64,000 nt of DNA from Paraglaciecola hydrolytica (GTDB taxonomy: Bacteria > Pseudomonadota > Gammaproteobacteria > Enterobacterales > Alteromonadaceae), in assembly GCF_001565895.1 (NCBI RefSeq), contig NZ_LSNE01000007.1, forward strand, positions 256,845 to 320,844, given 5' to 3'. Positions 19,539-28,800 of this stretch are shown piece after piece; positions within the stretch are counted from its first letter, which is position 1, and every line of letters starts with the position of its first letter. Both the position numbers and the translations under genes were made by a program. The notes under the pieces were generated by a model, which saw only the letters and a list, made by a program, of their open reading frames with translations, had not been told where the DNA came from and searched no databases.

Positions 19539-19832
19539 ATGTTCGAACAAAATGTAACTTCTCCGTTTACTACTACGGTAACTACCCCTTCACAAACTCA
19601 AGCGCAAAAACCTTTACGCGATTCAGTTAAACAAGCGGTGAATAAGTATCTTAAGCAATTAGATAATACCAACATCGAAAACTTATATGAGTTAGTTTTG
19701 GCTGAAGTTGAAGCGCCAATGTTAGAGGAAATCATGACCTTTACTCGCGGAAATCAAACTCGTGCCTCAACCATGTTAGGTATCAACCGTGGTACTTTGC
19801 GCAAATTGTTAAAGCAATACGGCCAGAACTAA
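19539..19832 (+). CDS. fis: DNA-binding protein Fis
   Basis: 97 aa with the C-terminal helix-turn-helix [25 protein letters not shown], near-identical to enterobacterial Fis. Confidence 0.9.
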   Translation: MFEQNVTSPFTTTVTTPSQTQAQKPLRDSVKQAVNKYLKQLDNTNIENLYELVLAEVEAPMLEEIMTFTRGNQTRASTMLGINRGTLRKLLKQYGQN

Positions 19833-19850
19833 GCATTATTGCCTATAAAG

Positions 19851-19875
19851 GAGCACCATCGGGTGCTCTTTTTGT
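19851..19875 (+). terminator. Rho-independent terminator after fis
   Basis: Stem gagcacc-atcg-ggtgctc followed by tttttgttt. Confidence 0.55.
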
Positions 19876-19961
19876 TTGTGCAGTTGGATTATAATCCAAC
19901 TGCACAAACGTAATTTTTTCCTCAATTCACGCAAAATGTTGCCTTTAATAGTGGACTAAGT

Positions 19962-21566
19962 ATGAACACAACGACTGCAAACCCTATACGCCGCGCTTTG
20001 TTAAGCGTCTCTGATAAAACCGGTATTCTTGAATTTGCCCAGTTTCTGGCCAGTCAGGGCGTTGAACTGATTTCAACCGGTGGTACGGCTAAATTATTAA
20101 GCAGCAATGGCCTAAAGGTCATCGAAGCATCAGATTATACTGGGCATCCTGAGATCATGGATGGCCGAGTTAAAACCTTACATCCTAAAATTCACGGTGG
20201 CATTCTTGCGCGTCGTGGTCAGGATGATGCAGTCATGGCTGAAAATAATATTCAGCCTATCGATTTAGTCGTCGTGAATCTTTACCCTTTTGCCGCCACA
20301 GTGGCCAATGATGATTGCAGTTTAGAAGACGCCATTGAAAACATTGATATTGGTGGCCCAACTATGGTGCGCGCCGCAGCCAAAAACCACAATGCGGTGA
20401 CTATCGTGGTTAATCCGGCTAACTATAAACGTGTTATGGCTGAAATGACTAAAGCACAAAATTGTGTGAGCCATGCCACTCGTTTTGATTTAGCCATTGC
20501 TGCTTTTGAACATACTGCCGAATACGACGGTATGATCGCCAACTATTTTGGTGCCATGGTTGAATCCAGTGAATGTGAAGACGATTGTGGTCATCACCAC
20601 AGTGAGTTTCCGCGTACTTTCAACATGCAGTTAACGAAGAAACAAGATTTACGTTACGGCGAAAACAGCCATCAAAACGCCGCTTTTTATGTTGAAAACA
20701 ATATTCAAGAAGCCTCGGTAGCCACTGCTACTCAGTTGCAAGGTAAAGAGTTATCTTTCAACAATATCGCCGATACTGATGCCGCTTTAGAGTGTGTTAA
20801 AGAATTTGCTGAGCCAGCCTGCGTTATCGTTAAACATGCTAACCCTTGTGGTGTGGCCTTAGGTGATAACATTCTGGATGCCTATAACCGCGCTTATCAA
20901 ACTGATCCTACTTCTGCCTTTGGTGGCATTATCGCGTTCAACCGTGAGTTAGATGCAACAACGGCCCAAGCCATTGTTGATCGTCAATTTGTTGAAGTGA
21001 TTATTGCTCCTACTGTCAGTGAAGAAGCCGTTGCGGTAGTTGCTGCCAAGAAAAACGTGCGTTTGTTAGCCTGTGGTGATTGGCAAGGCCAGTTAACCGA
21101 TGGTTTTGACTTTAAACGTGTGAATGGCGGTTTGTTGGTACAAGAGCGTGACTTTGCCATGGTTGAGTTAGAAGACTTACAAGTGGTCACTAAAGTTAAA
21201 CCCACTGAAGCTCAGTTAAAAGACCTGATGTTTACTTGGAAAGTCGCTAAGTACGTTAAGTCTAATGCCATTGTTTATTGTAAAGATGGTATGACTATTG
21301 GGGTGGGCGCTGGCCAAATGAGCCGTGTCTATTCAGCCAAAATCGCCGGTATTAAAGCCGCTGATGAAGGTTTAGTGGTACCGGGATCTGTGATGGCTTC
21401 TGATGCGTTTTTCCCTTTCCGCGATGGCATAGACGCCGCAGCGGCAGCGGGTATCGCGGCGATTATTCAGCCTGGTGGTTCGATGCGCGACCAAGAAGTA
21501 ATCGATGCTGCTGATGAACATGGCATCGCCATGGTGTTTACGGGTATGCGTCACTTCAAACACTAG
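19962..21566 (+). CDS. purH: Bifunctional AICAR transformylase / IMP cyclohydrolase
   Basis: 534 aa. N-terminal MGS-like domain ([11 protein letters not shown]...ISTGGTAK) and C-terminal AICARFT domain. Confidence 0.95.
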   Translation: MNTTTANPIRRALLSVSDKTGILEFAQFLASQGVELISTGGTAKLLSSNGLKVIEASDYTGHPEIMDGRVKTLHPKIHGGILARRGQDDAVMAENNIQPIDLVVVNLYPFAATVANDDCSLEDAIENIDIGGPTMVRAAAKNHNAVTIVVNPANYKRVMAEMTKAQNCVSHATRFDLAIAAFEHTAEYDGMIANYFGAMVESSECEDDCGHHHSEFPRTFNMQLTKKQDLRYGENSHQNAAFYVENNIQEASVATATQLQGKELSFNNIADTDAALECVKEFAEPACVIVKHANPCGVALGDNILDAYNRAYQTDPTSAFGGIIAFNRELDATTAQAIVDRQFVEVIIAPTVSEEAVAVVAAKKNVRLLACGDWQGQLTDGFDFKRVNGGLLVQERDFAMVELEDLQVVTKVKPTEAQLKDLMFTWKVAKYVKSNAIVYCKDGMTIGVGAGQMSRVYSAKIAGIKAADEGLVVPGSVMASDAFFPFRDGIDAAAAAGIAAIIQPGGSMRDQEVIDAADEHGIAMVFTGMRHFKH

Positions 21567-21584
21567 TTAAAGACTAAGTGACAA

Positions 21585-21612
21585 ATAAACGGGGTCAGAT
21601 GACTCCGTTTTT
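21585..21612 (+). terminator. Putative terminator after purH
   Basis: Imperfect hairpin aacggggtca...tgactccgtt followed by ttttt. Confidence 0.35.
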
Positions 21613-21678
21613 ACTTACATGTGCTGGCTTTAATGTTTACAATTTGCCTCCTTCTTTTGCAAACATGAGAATATCCGT

Positions 21679-22494
21679 ATGAAACGCTTAGTTAAATTCG
21701 CAGTCCTTGCTTCACTTGTTACTTGCTCTCCCGTTTTTGCCGATACATTACAAGATGCTATTCAGTCAGATTCTCGTACTACCGCCGAGCGTAGCCGTGA
21801 TGAATATCGCCATCCTCAGCAAACCCTACGCTTTTTTGATGTACAGCCAAACATGGCAGTAGCCGAAATTGCACCGGGTGGTGGTTGGTATAGCAATATT
21901 CTAGCGCCTTTGCTTAAAGAAAAAGGCCAGTATTACGCTGCCCACAACTATGTTGATGATAAAAGTTCAGATTACTACCGCAAGGGTTTAGCCGCGTTCA
22001 AAGAAAAAGTCGCCTCTGATGCCAATTTTAGTAATACCAAAGTTACCGCTTTTCATCCCACTAAAGCCTTAGACTTTGCCCCAGCAGGCAGTCTTGATCG
22101 CGTACTGACTTTCAGAAACGTGCATAACTGGTACATGGGTGATGGCCAAACGGGTATCGACAACGCCTTTGCCAGTTTTTTCAAAGCGCTTAAGCCAGGT
22201 GGTGTATTGGGCGTAGTCGAGCACTCATTACCTGAAAGTTTTGACGACGAGTTTCAAAAGAAATCAGGATATATGAAAAAATCCTTTGTGGTGGCAGCGG
22301 CTGAAAAAGCCGGATTTATCTTAATTGCCAGCAGCGATGTGAACGCTAATCCACTGGATAGCAGTGATCACGAAAAAGGTGTATGGACTTTACCGCCCAG
22401 CTTACGTTTGGGTGAACAAGACCGAGCTAGATATCTTGCCATTGGTGAGAGTAATCGTATGACCCTAAAATTTATTAAACCTACTACCAAGTAA
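21679..22494 (+). CDS. Secreted class-I SAM-dependent methyltransferase-like protein (COG4798-type)
   Basis: Signal peptide, and a Rossmann GxG-like segment (EIAPGGGWYS). This family is conserved between purH and purD in Shewanella-type genomes. Confidence 0.45.
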   Translation: MKRLVKFAVLASLVTCSPVFADTLQDAIQSDSRTTAERSRDEYRHPQQTLRFFDVQPNMAVAEIAPGGGWYSNILAPLLKEKGQYYAAHNYVDDKSSDYYRKGLAAFKEKVASDANFSNTKVTAFHPTKALDFAPAGSLDRVLTFRNVHNWYMGDGQTGIDNAFASFFKALKPGGVLGVVEHSLPESFDDEFQKKSGYMKKSFVVAAAEKAGFILIASSDVNANPLDSSDHEKGVWTLPPSLRLGEQDRARYLAIGESNRMTLKFIKPTTK

Positions 22495-22506
22495 GAATTA
22501 TTGTTT

Positions 22507-23790
22507 ATGAATGTATTAATCATCGGCGGCGGCGGTCGCGAACATGCCTTAGGCTGGAAAGTCGCACAGTCTGACAACATTAAACAGGTGTTTGTCGCAC
22601 CGGGTAATGCTGGCACCGCTTTAGAAGCTAAACTGGTTAACGTCAATATAGCCGTAGAAGATATCCAAGCTTTAGTTGCTTTTGCCCTAGAGAAAAAAAT
22701 TGAGTTAACTATAGTTGGCCCCGAAGTGCCGCTGGTGCTGGGTGTGGTTGATGCATTCCAAGCTGCTGGTTTAGCGATTTTTGGACCCACTCAAGCTGCC
22801 GCGCAGCTCGAAGGGTCTAAAGCCTTTACTAAGGACTTTTTAGCCCGTCATGCTATTCCAACCGGTGAGTATCAAAACTTCACTGAGATTGAGCCTGCTC
22901 TTGCTTATGTCAGAGAAAAAGGTGCGCCTATCGTGATTAAAGCCGATGGTTTGGCTGCTGGCAAAGGTGTGATTGTCGCCATGACTTTAGTTGAAGCCGA
23001 AGATGCAATCCGCGATATGTTAGCCGGTAATGCCTTTGGTGAAGCGGGCAGCCGCGTAGTTATTGAAGAGTTTCTCGACGGCGAAGAAGCCAGTTTTATT
23101 GTCATGGTCGATGGTAAAAATGTACTGGCTTTTGCGACCAGTCAAGATCATAAACGTGTAGGCAATGGTGATTCTGGTCCTAATACTGGTGGTATGGGTG
23201 CTTATTCACCTGCGCCTGTGGTAACGCCAGAAATCCACCAACGAGTGATGGATGAAGTGATTTATCCTACCGTTAATGGCATGGCCGCTGAGGGTAATAC
23301 CTATGTGGGCTTTTTATATGCCGGTTTGATGATCATGGCCGATGGCACACCTAAGGTGATTGAATATAACTGCCGTTTTGGTGATCCAGAAACCCAGCCC
23401 ATTATGATGAGATTACAGTCAGATCTCGTCACTTTGGTTGAACATGCCTTAGCTGGCACCTTAGATCAAGTGACAGCCGAGTTTGACCCACGGCCTGCCG
23501 TTGGCGTGGTATTAGCCGCAGGTGGTTATCCCGATGCGTATGCGAAAGGCGATGTGATCGCTGGCCTGAGTTTGGGTAACAATGATGCTAAGGTTTTTCA
23601 TGCGGGAACTAAAGAAATCAACGGTCAAGTGACGACTAATGGTGGCCGAGTGCTGTGTGCTACTGCCTTAGGTTTGTCAGTGACAGAAGCTCAACGCAGT
23701 GCTTATAAACTAGTGAAAGAAATAAGCTGGAAAGGTATATTCTACCGTGATGATATTGCCTATCGGGCAATTGCTCGAGAGCAACAATAG
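22507..23790 (+). CDS. purD: Phosphoribosylamine--glycine ligase
   Basis: MNVLIIGGGGREHALGWK N-terminus and an ATP-grasp core. The ORF-track start at 22501 is a TTG; the ATG at 22507 matches the canonical PurD start. Confidence 0.9.
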   Translation: MNVLIIGGGGREHALGWKVAQSDNIKQVFVAPGNAGTALEAKLVNVNIAVEDIQALVAFALEKKIELTIVGPEVPLVLGVVDAFQAAGLAIFGPTQAAAQLEGSKAFTKDFLARHAIPTGEYQNFTEIEPALAYVREKGAPIVIKADGLAAGKGVIVAMTLVEAEDAIRDMLAGNAFGEAGSRVVIEEFLDGEEASFIVMVDGKNVLAFATSQDHKRVGNGDSGPNTGGMGAYSPAPVVTPEIHQRVMDEVIYPTVNGMAAEGNTYVGFLYAGLMIMADGTPKVIEYNCRFGDPETQPIMMRLQSDLVTLVEHALAGTLDQVTAEFDPRPAVGVVLAAGGYPDAYAKGDVIAGLSLGNNDAKVFHAGTKEINGQVTTNGGRVLCATALGLSVTEAQRSAYKLVKEISWKGIFYRDDIAYRAIAREQQ

Positions 23791-23904
23791 TTTGTAAAAT
23801 ATTCACCAGAGTCGTTCGGCTTTGGTGAATTTATTCAAGATGTACTAGCCACTACTAATATTCGTTTGTTCAGATAAGTACTTACATACTCCCACTATAT
23901 ATTG

Positions 23905-25671
23905 TTAAGACGCGAGAACTACGCGGTTGCGACCATTTTCTTTGGCAATATAAAGAGCTTTATCGGCACGTTTTAGGCAGTCAGCAAATCGCTCGTTATC
24001 AAGATTTTGTGCAAGCCCCACTGAAACTGTGATGCTGTGGTCCAGCAGTAGCGAAAGTTCCTTGCTTAATTTTATGCGTAGTTTTTCGGCTAAAATTTGT
24101 GCGCCAGCTGCATTGGTACTTGGCAATATAATGACAAACTCTTCTCCGCCCCAGCGTGCAGCCAGATCCTCTTTACGTACCACGCTCTGCATAATCTTCG
24201 CTCCTTGAGCTAATACCTTGTCACCTGCATCATGCCCTAGGGTATCGTTTAAAAGTTTAAAGTGATCAAAGTCAATTAACATGACACAAAAATGAGCTGA
24301 ATTATGGCGCTGCTCATCATCTATATTTTCGATCGCTTCCATCAAGCCTCGACGGTTGAACAAAAGGGTCAGTGGATCTTGATTCGCCTGCACGACTAAG
24401 GTTTGCATAGCACGGCTGTCATTAATAAAACGTACGTAAGTTAAGTAGTTTTGGCACAGGGCAAATGACAGTAGTCCAAGCCCTGCCATATTGACGGTAC
24501 TGATTATTCCCAAACTATTGAATATGTCGTTTATTGATAATGAAAAAAGTAATATTGAACCCAGTGCCATCAAACGAGCACCTGTGCGCTTACGATAAGC
24601 GGCTAATAAAATCGAGTACAGGCCATAGACTAAGACAACCAAGGCAAAATATTGAAAATAAGCCATCAGGTAGCTAAATGTTACTGGTGGTGTAAACAGC
24701 GTCGTGACAACAAAAACGGCGGTAATACTGCAAATTGCAATCAGCGGTAAACGTCGAAATTCTTCGGGATAACTCAAGCGAAAATATCCGGTAAACAAGG
24801 GAAGAGCGAGATAAAAAGTTAGAAAATTAATACGTATTGCAGTGTTAAACGATAGTGATACGGAATCCGTTATATACAATATGTGACTGGTTTCTACTTC
24901 ACGCAGACCCAAACAGATACAACTAAGAGCCAGTAAAAATGGCAATAAATCTGATGGTCGTAACACAAAGTGAAACAAACTGAGTATCGCAATGGTGACA
25001 AAAATCGCGGCAACACTAACGCTGCGTATCAGTTTTTTCAGGTGAGCTTGAAATTGTTTATCGGCGGTAGCAAGGGTCATTGAAAACCATTGCCCGCCCC
25101 ACGCGAGTTCATAATTGGATACTTGTAATATCATATCCAGTTGTCCATTGGGTACGCTAATTTGAACGATTTTAGGAGCATATTGAGCAACTGAATCTTG
25201 TTTATTAGTGCCTACTTGACCCGCTTCATCGACTAAGGTTTGATTAACATACAAGCGATAAGCAGTGCCCATCACCGGTACAGACAAGGCAAGCAAGTCT
25301 GATGTCGGTTGAATGTTGATACGTAAGCGATACGTTGCAAAACCACTCGGTGTGATTTGCTGCCCTAAGAAGGTTTGTCTATCCCAAGACTTTGGTGCTT
25401 TTAATAATTCAACAGGTGAGTCTATTTCTGCGTCGAAACTCTCTGACATAACCAGTTGTTGCCAATAAAACTGCCATTCGCCTGCGAGTGGGATAGGTTC
25501 ACTTTGAGAAAGGTCAAGGGTACTGAGTTCGAGTTTTCCGCCTATGGCTTTGGGATGTTGGGTAAGCCAATTACCATTGATTTCAACAACCACACTGAAT
25601 AGCAATACAAATAAACATACACCAAGGACCGCAGCAGAAATCCGCGCTAAGGTTTTCGCTTGGGGCCACAA
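23905..25671 (-). CDS. Diguanylate cyclase with a 7TMR-DISM extracellular and 7-TM sensor module
   Basis: Signal/TM segment, a periplasmic ~200-aa domain, seven TM helices, then a GGDEF domain with RWGGEEF. Confidence 0.75.
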   Translation of the reverse strand: MWPQAKTLARISAAVLGVCLFVLLFSVVVEINGNWLTQHPKAIGGKLELSTLDLSQSEPIPLAGEWQFYWQQLVMSESFDAEIDSPVELLKAPKSWDRQTFLGQQITPSGFATYRLRINIQPTSDLLALSVPVMGTAYRLYVNQTLVDEAGQVGTNKQDSVAQYAPKIVQISVPNGQLDMILQVSNYELAWGGQWFSMTLATADKQFQAHLKKLIRSVSVAAIFVTIAILSLFHFVLRPSDLLPFLLALSCICLGLREVETSHILYITDSVSLSFNTAIRINFLTFYLALPLFTGYFRLSYPEEFRRLPLIAICSITAVFVVTTLFTPPVTFSYLMAYFQYFALVVLVYGLYSILLAAYRKRTGARLMALGSILLFSLSINDIFNSLGIISTVNMAGLGLLSFALCQNYLTYVRFINDSRAMQTLVVQANQDPLTLLFNRRGLMEAIENIDDEQRHNSAHFCVMLIDFDHFKLLNDTLGHDAGDKVLAQGAKIMQSVVRKEDLAARWGGEEFVIILPSTNAAGAQILAEKLRIKLSKELSLLLDHSITVSVGLAQNLDNERFADCLKRADKALYIAKENGRNRVVLAS

Positions 25672-25859
25672 CCGAAATTGCGGCTTGAGTGAAGTGCTCT
25701 GATTGTCGAAAATAAATAACTCCTTCTGGCGTTATCTAAGGTCGAGTGCGGATAGCGCGTATTTGTTAGTTAAGACTAAGTGAACTATGGCCTAGAACTC
25801 CAGACTACTTGGAAACATAATCTTACATTTTCAAGTGACTTGAGTACAGATCTAGCGTA

Positions 25860-28800
25860 TCACTCGTTCTTAATCTGCTTAACGTCGTTACCCATCCATA
25901 CCTTACTTAACAAATGCATGGCGGTGGCCACTCTATTGATTGGTTTGATCAAATCTGTGGTATCGGATTGTTGCATATCAAGTTTAATCGCCTCTAAACT
26001 CGCCGATATTTGCCCTAGTTGGCGTACGGCTTGAATTGTTGGGTCACCATCAATACTCAATTGTTTTTTACCACTAAAGGCACTGCAGATATGCACCCAA
26101 CGCTGTTGCTGGGCTTCGCTAATGACGCCACGCAATATGGCTAGTTTGAGTAGGTTCTCTTCTGCCCCAGACGTCAGCGTTTGCGCTTCGCCTGTATAGT
26201 GATCACCTATCAGTTGCATAAGCTCTCCATGGTTCATTACTGACGAGACTTTTTCCGCCATTTTGTTCATATTGCGATAACTGCCTTGCAGTTTAAATGG
26301 CGGTTCTTGGCGGTAGTCTTCGGCGGTTGCGGCAGACTTGATGTATTCTAAATTGACACTGAGAATGACATTCTGGATCACCAACAAGTGTTTCAGCACA
26401 GTGACTATTTCGTTGATTTCAGCGCCGCTATAAGCATGACTCAATTCGTTAGTGGCAACTTGATCACCTTGAGCCATGGCGATAAATTTATACACATCTT
26501 GCATGTCGCGCAGGGCGAGTGGCGCTAATACGGAGTTGGAGGTTAAAGCGTTTTCGATATAACTCAGGGCAAACTGCTCTTCTTTGCCACCAAGTACATC
26601 ACCTAGATTATAAATATCCGCACGGTTAGCTAACATGTCAGGCACTTTAAATACGTCACCTGATTCGGTGTAGGGGTTACCGGCCATTACTACGCTAAAT
26701 TTTTTGCCACGCATATCATAGGTTTTACTTTGACCTTTCCATACGCCTTCAATGCGTCTTGTACCATCACACAAGGCAATAAATTTCTGTAAAAACTCGG
26801 GATGAGTGTGCTGAATATCATCCAAATACAACATTACATTACTGCCCATTTCTAAACCGAGATTGAGCTTTTCGAGTTCTTGTTTGGCAGTGGCATTGGG
26901 CGCATTTGCAGGATCAAGTGAGCTAACATCATGGCCAAGTGACGGACAGTTTATCTTCATAAACACCAAACCGAGACGGTCAGCGACGTATTCCATTAAG
27001 GTGGTTTTACCATAGCCTGGCGGTGAAATAAGTAACAATAAGCCCATTAAATCGGTGCGTTTATTATCACCCAAGGCTCCCATTTGTTTGGCCAGATTAT
27101 CACCAATGATAGGTAAATATACTTCGTTTATCAGACGGTTACGCACAAATGAGCTTAGTGGTTTTGCCTTAAAGCTTTCTAGCTGCAGTTCATGTTTACT
27201 GCTAGCCATCACTTGTTGGCGAACGTGATGATATTGTTTGAAACCCTTGACCTCAACTTCCTGATAACGACCTAAACGTTGAATAAATTCATCTAGGGAT
27301 AAAGATAGTTGGCCGTTGTGGATATTGTGATGTTCGCTCAGTAGTCCGCTGACCGCGACGTCTAAGTTCACTTTGCTAGTACGGTTTTCTAACTTTTGCT
27401 GGCAAATAATCAAGGCGGCGGCTTCGGGCCAATAATGCCGTGCTTGGGCTAGGTGACTGTCGTTTAACATGGCACTGAGCCACGCTTGGCACAAACTCCA
27501 CTGTTCATTCAGACCTAAGACCTTAAACCCCAGGGAACTATCTTGTTTTGCCTCGGCTTTTTCAATCTGTTGATTAAATTGGCTCATGGCGGTGTTGAAG
27601 TCGCGGGTATGGCCAAGTGTCTCGATGGCAGTGATAAACTCTTGGTGCAGAGTTGTCGCGCTTTGGCTGTTAATAAAGGCAAACTTAGGTAGAGCTAATT
27701 CTGCACTTAAATACACAGCACTTTGTTTTATTTCCCGTGGGGCAAAGGGCAGGTTAAAACGTTGCACAAAAGCACTAATGTGAGTCTCAAGGTTTTGCTG
27801 TAATTGGGCAAAACCTTGCTGGCTATTAAAAGCATTGGCTAACAGTTGGGCACTAAAGGCATGACTTTGCCAAATTTGCTGTTGGGCTTTACTGATCCCC
27901 GCATAAGCCCAAAATAACATGGCAATGGCTCGTGCTTGTGGGTCAAAACGTAATAAGTCGGCTTGTTCGTGCACACTCAATAAGGCTTGCAGAATTTTAA
28001 CCACATCGTGGTCATGTACGCCTTTTTGATAACCTTCTTGATAGCGCGAAGTCATGTAGCCACGGACTAATTTTTCCAGCTCTGCGGCTTGATTCACCAT
28101 GGCATAAAGTTGTGGCAGAGTAAGTCCATTACGCTGCTGTTCGGCATCTTGAATAATGCTAAAGGCCAAATATTCAATACGACTTACGTGTTTGTTTTCT
28201 GATACTAAGGCTTGTTGCCAATAGGCTTTGAGCTCGTTTAACTGTGGGTGCTCAAGCTGCTCAAAAAAGTCAGTGCCGACCAAATGGCGATACAAGCCTT
28301 CATCTTTGGGTAATAACGTCAGTTCCAGACCTTGTGAGTTAACACTGAACTTGTGTTTACCCAATTTGATAACGGTGCCGCCATCTTCAAAGATATCTTG
28401 TTTGTCTCGCTGGCCACGAATACCGGCTTCTTTGGCGGCTTTAAGCTGGGCTTCAAGATCATCCGCTTTGACTTGATCCTTAAGGTCACGCAACTGCGCC
28501 ACCAAATCACTTAATTTGAGGATCATCGGATCGGAGGCAAAATAGGTATTAAGTTCGTCAAGCTGGTTAAAACCTAGTGCACGTTTTTTCACCCCAGTGA
28601 TAATGCGCTGGGCGGCACTAAAGAGGTTTTGTGCACGGCGCTGTTGTTCTTCAATTAAGCTTTGTTTACGACTGGCAAACGCGCTGTGTAACTCTTCGCG
28701 TTTGTCCATGATGTCACTGAGAAATTGATCGTATTCGCTAAATTTAGATTCCAACTCTTCTAACTGAATACTTAAACGTGATAATTGTTCATCGGCCTTT

